Assembly (NCBI GenBank): GCA_963926405.1
Contig: CAWUXI010000019.1
Location: 3,316 to 67,315 of the forward strand
Direction of reading: 5' to 3'
Length of the DNA: 64,000 bases
Origin: an uncultured Flavobacteriales bacterium
GTDB lineage: Bacteria > Bacteroidota > Bacteroidia > Flavobacteriales_D > Parvicellaceae
Below, piece by piece: positions 45,614 to 54,891 of the stretch (the stretch's first letter is position 1; the number at the start of each line of letters is the position of its first letter). Under the pieces are notes generated by a model. That model saw nothing but the letters and a program-made list of their open reading frames with translations. It had not been told where the DNA came from and did no database searches. The position numbers and the translations under genes were made by a program.

Positions 45614-46417
45614 ATGGAAATACTCAGCTACATATTCTTTTTAGGGATTATTTACATTGTTTTTAGTATAATTTGGTTTTTCATCGCTTTACTGCCCAAA
45701 TATGTATTGGGAAACAAGGTAAATAACATACAAAACACCGTTCTACATTACACCATCAAAGCTGCACAATTCTATTTTTTAGCGGCATTAACTGCTATTA
45801 AAGCTATAGAAGCTATTAAGGAAAACATTGACAATAACCAAGGGCCTTTATATATGATTATTGGAGGAATTGTTTTATACCTATACTTAGCAGGAAAAAT
45901 AGAAAGAAGTAAAATGATGTCTCAATTGCGGTCTAACTTAGGGAATATTAATTCAAGCAATTTTTCAAAGTATGAGCCCCATTTAATTGGGCTTACATTA
46001 ATTGTATATGCTATTTCGTTTAGTTACCCTCTATTAATTCAGAACTCTGTTAATCAATGGTTTTTAGTCAGTATCGATGATTTTTATAATACGGTTATAA
46101 TAGGATGGATAATCGGAATAATTGGATTCTTCTTTTTAATTAGTATGATTTTTAAAGGTATAAATGCTACTGGATTTTTATTTCAAACAATTGTTGCACT
46201 ATTAACTGGAAAACCAGCTCCAAAAAGAAAACCGAAAAATCCTTTTGGGAAATTTGGCAGCATGGGAAACAACAATCCTTTTGGGGATAATTCACCATTT
46301 AAAAACACGGAAAACTCTCTGCCAGAAATTGAATCTGAGCAAGCGAATGTGGATGATGACATGTATGTCGATTTTGAAGTGATGGATGAGAATGAAACAG
46401 ATAAAAACGAAGAATAA
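45614..46417 (+). CDS. hypothetical polytopic membrane protein with acidic C-terminal tail
   Basis: 267 aa from ATG 45614 with about 6 hydrophobic segments. The C-terminal tail is Pro/Gly/Asn-rich, then Asp/Glu-rich. Confidence 0.6.
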   Translation: MEILSYIFFLGIIYIVFSIIWFFIALLPKYVLGNKVNNIQNTVLHYTIKAAQFYFLAALTAIKAIEAIKENIDNNQGPLYMIIGGIVLYLYLAGKIERSKMMSQLRSNLGNINSSNFSKYEPHLIGLTLIVYAISFSYPLLIQNSVNQWFLVSIDDFYNTVIIGWIIGIIGFFFLISMIFKGINATGFLFQTIVALLTGKPAPKRKPKNPFGKFGSMGNNNPFGDNSPFKNTENSLPEIESEQANVDDDMYVDFEVMDENETDKNEE

Positions 46418-46426
46418 AACTGCTAT

Positions 46427-47569
46427 ATGAAAATGAATTTAGTTGCGAGAACTTATGCTGGACTAGAAGAAGTTCTTGCGGAAGAATTAACTCAGCTTGG
46501 CGCAGAACATGTTAAAGTTGTTAAAAGGGCAGTTGAATATGCTGGAGATAAAGAAATTCTTTACAAAAGTAACCTTTGGCTTCGCACCGCTTTAGATATA
46601 TTAAAACCTATACATCAATTTAAAGCAAAATCTACGGAAGAATTATATGCTGGAGTTTCAGAAATAGATTGGAGTGATTATCTAGATTTAAAGAAAACTT
46701 TTTCTGTTCAAGCAATTGTGAATTCATCTTATTTTAATCATTCACAATTTGCGGCATTAAAATGTAAGGACGCAATTGTAGATCAGTTTAGAGAAAAAAC
46801 AAATGAAAGACCTGATGTTGACAAATATGACCCTGATTTAAAAATTGTTATTCGAATCTCTGAAAATAAATGTTCTATTTTGCTGAATAGTTCAGGAACT
46901 CCTCTTTTTAAAAGAGGCTATCGAAAAACAACAGGAGATGCCCCTATAAATGAAATTTTAGCTGCAGGAATGATCCAGCTTTCTGAATGGGACGGCAAAA
47001 CTCCTTTTATCGACCCAATGTGTGGCTCAGGAACTCTATGTATAGAAGCTGGCATGAAAGCTCTAAACATCGCTCCGGGTATTTTAAGAGATGATTTTGC
47101 TTTTCAAAAATGGAGAGATTTTGATTTAGAATTATGGGACATGCTCTACTTTGAAGCCAAAGGAGCTATCACAACCAGCGATGTGAAAATTTATGGCTAT
47201 GATATTTCGGAGCAGACAGTAAGAATTGCAAAAAACAATATGTCCTCTTTTAGAGAACTTCGAAAAAACATTACATTCGATCAAGCCGACTTTTTTAGCC
47301 TAGAAAAGACTGCTGAGGATGGAATAATTATCACAAACCCTCCCTACGATAAGAGAATAAAACTGCAAGATGATGTTGCTTTTTATAGTGATATGGGTAA
47401 TCGATTAAAACATTTTTGGGAAGGATATGACGCTTGGATAATTTCTTCAAACTTATCTGCTCTCAAAAGAATTGGCCTTAGGCCAAATAGGAATATTATT
47501 TTGTACAATGGTCCTGACGAAAGCAAACTGGTCCATTTACCACTATACAGAGGAAAAAAAGGCCATTAA
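46427..47569 (+). CDS. THUMP-domain class I SAM-dependent RNA methyltransferase (RlmL/YpsC-like)
   Basis: 380 aa. It has an N-terminal THUMP-type region, SAM motif I (DPMCGSGTLCIEAG) and motif IV (ITNPPYDKR). Confidence 0.85.
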   Translation: MKMNLVARTYAGLEEVLAEELTQLGAEHVKVVKRAVEYAGDKEILYKSNLWLRTALDILKPIHQFKAKSTEELYAGVSEIDWSDYLDLKKTFSVQAIVNSSYFNHSQFAALKCKDAIVDQFREKTNERPDVDKYDPDLKIVIRISENKCSILLNSSGTPLFKRGYRKTTGDAPINEILAAGMIQLSEWDGKTPFIDPMCGSGTLCIEAGMKALNIAPGILRDDFAFQKWRDFDLELWDMLYFEAKGAITTSDVKIYGYDISEQTVRIAKNNMSSFRELRKNITFDQADFFSLEKTAEDGIIITNPPYDKRIKLQDDVAFYSDMGNRLKHFWEGYDAWIISSNLSALKRIGLRPNRNIILYNGPDESKLVHLPLYRGKKGH

Positions 47570-47619
47570 CTAGACATTATACCTCTTATTATTTGCTATA
47601 CAAGTAGATAGTCTTATTT

Positions 47620-49134
47620 TTGATAACAATCAAATGCACTTTGAGTAATTTATTTAAACAAATATTAGGTAATGTAACTACCAGGATAATGTTTCTCATC
47701 TACATGAGCATCATTGGTATCACTACCTTTTTTATTGTTTTTGGGTATGTAAATCAATTGAATTTATATGAAATAAAAGAATATGAAAAGCTACAAGCTT
47801 TGGCTTCTTCATTAGCAATAAATATGGATGGTGATTTACACAATAAGTTAATGGAAGACCATCCATGGAAAGATGATATTGTTTCTAAAGATGAGAACCC
47901 TCAATATTTAGAGATTCATTCAATGTTGAGAAAGGTTCATGATAAAAACAACCTAAACACCCCCGTTTACACCATTGTATACAATGAAGACGAAGAAATC
48001 TTTTATTATGGTGTTCGCTCAGATACCAATGTATATTTCCGTCATCAATACGAAATGTTCCCAGATATTCTGCTCGAAAAAATGAATGAAGGTGGAACTA
48101 TTCCAAGGTACAGAACTGAAAATGGGGAATGGTTATCCGCTTTTTATCCTATAACAGATTCGAACAATAAAACTGTTGGACTTCTTGAAGCTGATGTAGA
48201 ATTCGGTTATTTCCGAGAAATGGTATTTAACCAGTATAAGGCACAAGCAATAATCTCATTAGCAGTTATTTTATTAATGGCGTTACTATTAATTCCTTAC
48301 GCAAGAAGAATTTTACGCGAAGAGGACAATATTACCCAGTCTATCGTTGAGCAAAACAGAGTTATTGCTTTAAAAAACAGAGATATTACGGATTCTATAA
48401 ATTATGCACGTAAGATTCAAGAAGCGCTTTTACCGCATACTGACCAAATCCAGGAGGCTTTACCTAATTCTTTTGTTTATTATAACCCAAGAGACATTGT
48501 CTCCGGTGATTTTTACTGGTTCAAAGAGATTGAGGGCAAACTATTACTAGCTGCAGTTGATTGCACAGGACATGGTGTTCCAGGAGCTTTAATGAGCATG
48601 ATTGGATTCTCGAAACTGAATGAAATATCTCATAAAAACAATACTGATCCAGGTTACATATTAGAAAAACTGGACGAAGGTGTGCGCGAAGCACTTAGCA
48701 CAAAAAGATATGACCACGAGAGTAAAGATGGCATGGATATGGCGCTATGTTCTTTTGATCTTAAAAATAAAAAGGTGCAGTATGCTGGAGCTTTTAGGCC
48801 ACTGATTAAAATCAATGGAGAGAATATCCAAGTGACAAAAGGAGATCGCTATCCTATTGGAGGTGGAAGTTCTTATATTAAAGAAGGTTTTACAACACAT
48901 GAATTTGACATTAATCCAGGTGATTGTTTCTACATGTTCTCCGATGGGTTCCCAGACCAATTTGGAGGACCAAAAGACAAAAAATTTATGAATAAAAAAT
49001 TTAAAGCTTTGCTGCAAGAAATACAATCTTTAACTTCTGAAGAACAGGTCATTAGACTAGATACCGAACTAAAAAACTGGAGAGGAGAAACTGAACAAGT
49101 AGACGATGTATTGGTTATTGGTGTATGTTTTTAA
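47620..49134 (+). CDS. PP2C/SpoIIE-family serine phosphatase with N-terminal two-TM extracytoplasmic sensor region
   Basis: It has two TM segments flanking a ~180-aa domain. The C-terminal PP2C pattern shows SGDFYWF, AVDCTGHGVPGA, FSDGFPDQ and DDVLVIG. The start is uncertain between TTG 47620, TTG 47641 and ATG 47689. A perfect TATTTTTG box (47615-47622) overlaps the TTG at 47620. Confidence 0.8.
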   Translation: MITIKCTLSNLFKQILGNVTTRIMFLIYMSIIGITTFFIVFGYVNQLNLYEIKEYEKLQALASSLAINMDGDLHNKLMEDHPWKDDIVSKDENPQYLEIHSMLRKVHDKNNLNTPVYTIVYNEDEEIFYYGVRSDTNVYFRHQYEMFPDILLEKMNEGGTIPRYRTENGEWLSAFYPITDSNNKTVGLLEADVEFGYFREMVFNQYKAQAIISLAVILLMALLLIPYARRILREEDNITQSIVEQNRVIALKNRDITDSINYARKIQEALLPHTDQIQEALPNSFVYYNPRDIVSGDFYWFKEIEGKLLLAAVDCTGHGVPGALMSMIGFSKLNEISHKNNTDPGYILEKLDEGVREALSTKRYDHESKDGMDMALCSFDLKNKKVQYAGAFRPLIKINGENIQVTKGDRYPIGGGSSYIKEGFTTHEFDINPGDCFYMFSDGFPDQFGGPKDKKFMNKKFKALLQEIQSLTSEEQVIRLDTELKNWRGETEQVDDVLVIGVCF

Positions 49135-49181
49135 GCTCTTTATTATGTTCCTTAAAGAATTATCTCAGAAACAATTTATAG

Positions 49182-50873
49182 ATGAATAATATGTGCAATA
49201 AATTTTTAAGCGTTCTATTTTTTATCGCTAGTTTTTCCTTATATGCTGGAGAACCCATAGTTTTCAATGAGAAATCTCAATCAATTCAGCTCGACAAAGA
49301 AATCTTTATTACTCCAGTTAATGAAAATGATAATTTTTCTGAAATAGATTATCAGTTAGTCAACAGACAAAATTCGGGAATTAAATTCTTTTTAGATCAA
49401 ACACCTTATATTTATATTGATGCTCACGACATAACCATTAATCCAAACACTGTTGATTCTACAATATTCAATATTGATGGATATGAATTTAGATTCATAG
49501 GATATAGTAATTTTTTTATCGAAGGTTTATCAAAAGGAGATCACGAGGTAGAATTAACTTTTATCCATTTAAATGCTAATCAAAAAGATAGTTCAATAAG
49601 TTTAGAATTTAAAGCAATAGAAACTACTCCTCTTTTCACCAATGATGCTATTGCAATTGGCCTACTGCTATTCCTGCTTGCAATTATTTTTTACACGTCC
49701 AATTTACCAGCTCTTAAAAAGTTTTATGGTATTGTACCTGCATTATTACTTTGCTATTTCTTACCGGCTGCTTTAAACTCTTTAAATATTATATCTGGTG
49801 AATACAGTAATCTATATTTTGTTTCTTCACGGTATTTATTACCCGCCAGTTTAATATTACTCTGTTTAAGTATAGATTTAAAAGGAATTATACGCCTTGG
49901 CCCGAAAGCTCTTATAATGTTTTTTGCAGGAACATTGGGAATAATTATCGGAGGACCAATTGCCTTAATGATTGTAGCAGCTATTGCTCCAGAATGGCTA
50001 GGTGCTGATGCAGGGGAAATTTGGAGGGGACTAGCCACTGTAGCAGGCAGTTGGATTGGTGGAGGAGCCAATCAAACAGCTATGAAAGTTATTTACGAAA
50101 CTCCAAATGATATCTTTTCTAAAATGATTGTTGTTGACGTTTTGGTTGCCAATGTTTGGATGGCTGTTTTATTATATGGAGCAGGGATTCACAAAAAAAT
50201 TGATGCTAAATTCAAAGCAGATTCTTCAGCAATTACAGCGCTCAAAGAGAAAATGGAATCATTTGCAGCCAAAGTCTCAAGAATTCCAAGCACAAATGAC
50301 ATAATGATTATAGTGGGAATAGGCGTTGCTGGAGCTGGTCTTGCTCATATTTTATCGGAATTCACTACACCTCTTTTTGTCTCTATTAAAGGTACTTTAG
50401 AAGCGTGGGGACTAACTTCTTTTACAAGTGGATTCTTTTGGCTAATCGTCTTTTCAACCGTTATTGGTGTAGGACTTTCTTTTACCAAGCTAAAGAACTA
50501 CGAGGGTGCCGGTGCTTCAAAATTAGGCAGCATATTCCTTTACGTATTAGTCGCTGCTATCGGAACACACATGAATTTTACAGAGATTTTTGAAAGCCCT
50601 TCTTGGTTTGTTATTGGAGGTATATGGATGTTGATCCATGCAATTATTATTTTGGGAGTAGCTAGACTTATTAGAGCACCCTTCTTTTTTGTTGCAGTTG
50701 GCAGTCAAGCTAATGTTGGCGGAGCAGCTTCTGCTCCTGTAGTAGCATCTGCTTTTAGCCCATCGTTAGCTCCAGTTGGAGTACTATTGGCTGTTTTGGG
50801 ATATGCCGTTGGAACATTCGGAGCTATGCTTTGCGCGGAATTAATGAAAGCTGTCGAAATATCTGTACCATAG
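49182..50873 (+). CDS. DUF819-like polytopic membrane protein with N-terminal extracytoplasmic domain
   Basis: 563 aa. It has a signal peptide and a ~150-aa soluble domain, then about 10-12 TM helices. The family call is by general resemblance only. Confidence 0.6.
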   Translation: MNNMCNKFLSVLFFIASFSLYAGEPIVFNEKSQSIQLDKEIFITPVNENDNFSEIDYQLVNRQNSGIKFFLDQTPYIYIDAHDITINPNTVDSTIFNIDGYEFRFIGYSNFFIEGLSKGDHEVELTFIHLNANQKDSSISLEFKAIETTPLFTNDAIAIGLLLFLLAIIFYTSNLPALKKFYGIVPALLLCYFLPAALNSLNIISGEYSNLYFVSSRYLLPASLILLCLSIDLKGIIRLGPKALIMFFAGTLGIIIGGPIALMIVAAIAPEWLGADAGEIWRGLATVAGSWIGGGANQTAMKVIYETPNDIFSKMIVVDVLVANVWMAVLLYGAGIHKKIDAKFKADSSAITALKEKMESFAAKVSRIPSTNDIMIIVGIGVAGAGLAHILSEFTTPLFVSIKGTLEAWGLTSFTSGFFWLIVFSTVIGVGLSFTKLKNYEGAGASKLGSIFLYVLVAAIGTHMNFTEIFESPSWFVIGGIWMLIHAIIILGVARLIRAPFFFVAVGSQANVGGAASAPVVASAFSPSLAPVGVLLAVLGYAVGTFGAMLCAELMKAVEISVP

Positions 50874-50938
50874 AACACTTGTTTAAATAACAGTTTCGGA
50901 GTAATTTCGCTTCGCTTGAATGAAAACCTTTTGAGAAT

Positions 50939-52621
50939 ATGAATAAAATAGAGATTTTAAAAAAGCTACTTGCTTTATTAGAGAATGGTGAACTTATTGA
51001 AATTAGTTCAGAAATTGAGAGATTATCAAAGGCATTCTACGCAATTTATAACAGCGAGAAAAAAGAAAGCGATTCTCCAGAAAAAGATTCAGACATAGAT
51101 ACCGAAACTGAAAAGTTAAACAGTGATATTATAGCTGCATTAAACGCATACAATTTAAAGAAAAAGGAACTTTACGCTTCTATAAAAGCAGAAGAGCAGA
51201 AGAACCTTTCACTCAAAAAAGAGATTATTTCAGATTTTTCAAAACTCATTGAAAAAGAAGAGAATTTAAGCAAGCTTTTCGGCTCTATAAAAGAGATTAG
51301 GGAAAAATGGAATGCAATTGGAACCATCCCGAGAGAGAAACAAAGTAAAATACAAGCAGAGTACAGTAAGTTAAGTGAAAAATTTAGCTACAACGTTGAT
51401 ATTTACAAAGAGCTTAAAGAAAATGATTTAAAGAAGAACTACTCTTTAAAAAATCAAATTATCCATCAAGCAAAAGCTCTTTTAGAAGCTAAAAAGATTA
51501 AAGAAGTTGAACAATCATTGCGTAAATTACAAAATGAATGGGATGAAGTTGGACCCACTTTTAAAGAACATTGGGAGAAACTAAAGGAAGAATATTGGTC
51601 AACCGTAAAAGAACTGTACGCTAAAATAAAAGTACATTATACAGATCAAAAAGAATTGCAAAAAGAGAATCTAGTCAATAAAATAGCTCTCATTGAAAAA
51701 GTAAAAGAAATCATTTCACAAGAGGCTCTTGAACATAAAGACTGGGACAAACTAACTAAAGAATTACTAGAACTTCAAAAAGAATGGAAAAGTACCGGTA
51801 ATGTCCCAAAAGACAGTAACGAGAAAATATGGAATGATTTTAGAAGATTATTTGACACCTTTTTTGAGGCAAAATCCACTTTTTATGAAGCAAGAAATGA
51901 TGTATTCGATAAAAAGAAAGAGTTAAAAGCTAAATTGATTGAGAAAGCAGAAGCTTTATCCAAATCTACGGATTGGAAAAATTCTGCTGATGCACTAAAA
52001 AGATTGCAAGAAGATTGGAAAAAAATTGGTCATGCAGGTCAGCATGCTGAACAAAAATTATGGAAATCATTTAGAACTAAATGCGATGCTTTTTTTACAA
52101 CTAGAGAGGAGCACTTCAAGAAAGTAGACATCGAAAATGAAGACAACTTAAAACGAAAGGAGGCTTTGATTGAAAAAATAAAAGAATACAAACATGCAGC
52201 AGATCCAAAAGAAGCTCTTGCTGACCTTAAAACATTTTCGATTGAATTTACTGAAATTGGAAATGTTCCTTTTAAAAAGAAAGATGCTATTTACAAAGCA
52301 TACAAAAGTGTTATTGATGAACATTACACTAATTTAAAAATGGACGATGCTGAGAAGGAAAAAATTCTTTTCGAAGCAAAACTAGACAGTTTAAAGGCAA
52401 GTTCAAATTCAGAAAGTCTATTTGCGCAAGAGAAAGAAAAAATTAGAAATAAAATAAATGACATCGTTAAAGAAGTTGCTAATTACGAAAACAACTTAGG
52501 CTTCTTTGCTAATTCTAAAGGCGCTGAAGTTCTTCTTAAAGGTGTTAATGAAAATATTGAAAAAGGGAAAAATGAGATTGACAAATTAAAAAGAAGACTC
52601 AAATTATTTCCAAAAGAATAA
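50939..52621 (+). CDS. DUF349 repeat protein
   Basis: 560 aa, highly charged. It has five repeats of the W-x-x-[IV]-G...W-x-x-F type (REKWNAIGTIP, QNEWDEVGPTF, QKEWKSTGNVP, QEDWKKIGHAG, IEFTEIGNVP). Confidence 0.8.
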   Translation: MNKIEILKKLLALLENGELIEISSEIERLSKAFYAIYNSEKKESDSPEKDSDIDTETEKLNSDIIAALNAYNLKKKELYASIKAEEQKNLSLKKEIISDFSKLIEKEENLSKLFGSIKEIREKWNAIGTIPREKQSKIQAEYSKLSEKFSYNVDIYKELKENDLKKNYSLKNQIIHQAKALLEAKKIKEVEQSLRKLQNEWDEVGPTFKEHWEKLKEEYWSTVKELYAKIKVHYTDQKELQKENLVNKIALIEKVKEIISQEALEHKDWDKLTKELLELQKEWKSTGNVPKDSNEKIWNDFRRLFDTFFEAKSTFYEARNDVFDKKKELKAKLIEKAEALSKSTDWKNSADALKRLQEDWKKIGHAGQHAEQKLWKSFRTKCDAFFTTREEHFKKVDIENEDNLKRKEALIEKIKEYKHAADPKEALADLKTFSIEFTEIGNVPFKKKDAIYKAYKSVIDEHYTNLKMDDAEKEKILFEAKLDSLKASSNSESLFAQEKEKIRNKINDIVKEVANYENNLGFFANSKGAEVLLKGVNENIEKGKNEIDKLKRRLKLFPKE

Positions 52622-52626
52622 AAATT

Positions 52627-54759
52627 ATGAAAAATTTACTTTTTTTACTATTTATAACTTCTTCAGCCATAGCTCAAGATAAAGAGTTAACAATTGAAAG
52701 TTCCGTAATGGGTTATTACCAAGGACTATATCCTCAGTCCTTAAAATGGGATCAATGGCTTACAGATGCAGATAAATATGCCCATGTTAAAGAAAGCTCT
52801 TATTTCATTCTTCCTGCCAAAGCTCTCCCCGATGCTAGAGTAGCTGAACAAATCACACTAAAAAGTATTCAAGAAAATATTACTGATTTGAAACGTCTGC
52901 CTTATGCTCAATCTATTTCTTCAGAGCAGCTAGTTTTTGATCACAATGGAAATCAGATTATCTACAACTACAAAGGAGACAACACTGGAAAATTTTCTTC
53001 TATCCATTATCCTGCAAGCGCAGCAAATAATGACTTTAATTTTAACACCAAGACAATTGCTTATACTGCAGACAACAATTTATATTTAGCTACTGAGAAA
53101 GATTCTATGATCGTGATTACAAACAGTAATGACAAAAACATTGTTTCTGGACAAGCAATTCATCGTTATGAATTTGGAATCTCAAAAGGAACGTTTTGGT
53201 CGCCTACAGGAAATTCATTGGCATTTTATCAAAAAGATGAAACCAATGTAGCAGATTACCCTTTACTAGACATTACAACTCGAACTGGCTCTTTAAAAAG
53301 CATAAAATACCCAATGGCTGGGGAAGCAAGTGAACATGGTAGAGTTGGAATTTATAATGTAATAAATAACAAAACTATTTATTTACAAACTGGAGAACCA
53401 TTAGAACATTATGTTTCTAACGTTACATGGAGTCCAGATGAAAAAACCATTTTTATTGTTGAAATGAATCGAGGTCAAGATCATTTTTGGTTCAATCAAT
53501 ATGACGCTATTACTGGTGAAAAAATAAAAACTTTATTCGAAGAAAAACACTCTACATTTTTACAACCTATCTACGAGCCTTATTTCATTCCTGGAAAAAT
53601 AGACCAATTTGTTTGGCTCAGCGAAAGAGATGGATTTTTCAATATCTACCTCTATAACACAGAAGGTATTTTGGTTAATAAATTAACAGATTTCAAATGG
53701 GAAGTGACAGGAATTAAAGGGTTCAACAACAAAAACAACAGCTTAATTTTTGAAGGAACCAGCGAAGATGGCAGAGAGTTACATGCCTATTCTGTGGATA
53801 TAACCTCTAAAAAAGTAACCCAGCTTACCAAAACTAAAGGAGTTCATCATGCAAAATTGCACGCGAATGGCAAGTATCTTTTAGATAGTTATTCAAACTT
53901 GGCTACTCCAAATCAAGTTGATATTATTGAAACTGAAAAGGGTAGTATTGTGAACCTTTTCACTGCTCCAAACCCCCTATCAGAGCATAAAACGGGACAA
54001 ATTGAACTCATTGAACTAAAAGCAAAAGATGGAACAGCGCTTTATGGAAGAATGATAAAACCATCTAACTTTGATAAAAACAAAAAATATCCTGTCCTTG
54101 TTTATGTCTATGGAGGTCCAGGCGTACAACTTATCACAAACAGTTGGAATGCTGGAGCTAGCTTATGGATGAACTGGCTAGCGGAGCAAGATTATATTGT
54201 TTTCACAATTGATAATCGAGGAACTTCCAACCGGGGGAGAAAATTTAAAGAAGTTATTCATAAGCAGTGTGGTACAGTTGAAATAGAAGACCAAATAGTT
54301 GGCGTGGAATATTTAAAATCACTTTCATTCGTTGATAGTGATAGAATGGCCGTTCATGGATGGAGTTATGGGGGATTTATGACCACTTCTTTAATGACTA
54401 GAGCTCCTGGTACATTTACAACAGGTGTTGCAGGTGGACCAGTACTAGATTGGAAATGGTATGAAGTAATGTACGGCGAAAGATACATGGATACTCCCCA
54501 AGAAAATCCAGAAGGCTATAAAACAGCTAGTCCATTAACATATGTTAACGATTTAGAAGGAAAACTACTCTTGATTCATGGAACAGTTGATGATGTTGTT
54601 GTCATGCAACATAGTTTAGCGTTTGTCCAAAAATGTGTTGAAGAAGGAGTTCAAATAGATTTCTTTCCGTATCCAATGCACCCCCACAATGTTAGCGGAA
54701 AAGACAGGGTTCATTTGATGACTAAGGTGTTAAACTACATAATGGAGAATAACAAATAA
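52627..54759 (+). CDS. S9B dipeptidyl-peptidase IV-like serine peptidase
   Basis: 710 aa with a signal peptide and an N-terminal beta-propeller region. The C-terminal alpha/beta hydrolase carries the nucleophile motif HGWSYGG and the GTVDDVV acid context. Confidence 0.9.
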   Translation: MKNLLFLLFITSSAIAQDKELTIESSVMGYYQGLYPQSLKWDQWLTDADKYAHVKESSYFILPAKALPDARVAEQITLKSIQENITDLKRLPYAQSISSEQLVFDHNGNQIIYNYKGDNTGKFSSIHYPASAANNDFNFNTKTIAYTADNNLYLATEKDSMIVITNSNDKNIVSGQAIHRYEFGISKGTFWSPTGNSLAFYQKDETNVADYPLLDITTRTGSLKSIKYPMAGEASEHGRVGIYNVINNKTIYLQTGEPLEHYVSNVTWSPDEKTIFIVEMNRGQDHFWFNQYDAITGEKIKTLFEEKHSTFLQPIYEPYFIPGKIDQFVWLSERDGFFNIYLYNTEGILVNKLTDFKWEVTGIKGFNNKNNSLIFEGTSEDGRELHAYSVDITSKKVTQLTKTKGVHHAKLHANGKYLLDSYSNLATPNQVDIIETEKGSIVNLFTAPNPLSEHKTGQIELIELKAKDGTALYGRMIKPSNFDKNKKYPVLVYVYGGPGVQLITNSWNAGASLWMNWLAEQDYIVFTIDNRGTSNRGRKFKEVIHKQCGTVEIEDQIVGVEYLKSLSFVDSDRMAVHGWSYGGFMTTSLMTRAPGTFTTGVAGGPVLDWKWYEVMYGERYMDTPQENPEGYKTASPLTYVNDLEGKLLLIHGTVDDVVVMQHSLAFVQKCVEEGVQIDFFPYPMHPHNVSGKDRVHLMTKVLNYIMENNK

Positions 54760-54824
54760 ACTATTTCTTTCCTTTTACTCAGCAATCAATACCGTATATG
54801 TATTAATTGGAGCTCTGCAGTTTT

Positions 54825-54859
54825 TTTGATTCATTTATTGATAATTTAGATTAATTTTG
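54825..54859 (+). promoter_or_regulatory. promoter of the TonB-dependent receptor gene
   Basis: TTTG (54825-54828), then N23, then TAATTTTG (54852-54859). ATG 54892 is 32 nt downstream. Confidence 0.45.
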
Positions 54860-54891
54860 AATTCCATAAAACCCAACTTTTTAATTCAGAA

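Noticed and set aside
46427-47569. NPPY-motif methyltransferase considered as a possible orphan DNA adenine methylase or restriction-modification remnant.
   Set aside because: The N-terminal THUMP-type domain and overall RlmL/YpsC-like layout indicate an RNA (rRNA/tRNA) methyltransferase. No endonuclease or specificity gene is adjacent.
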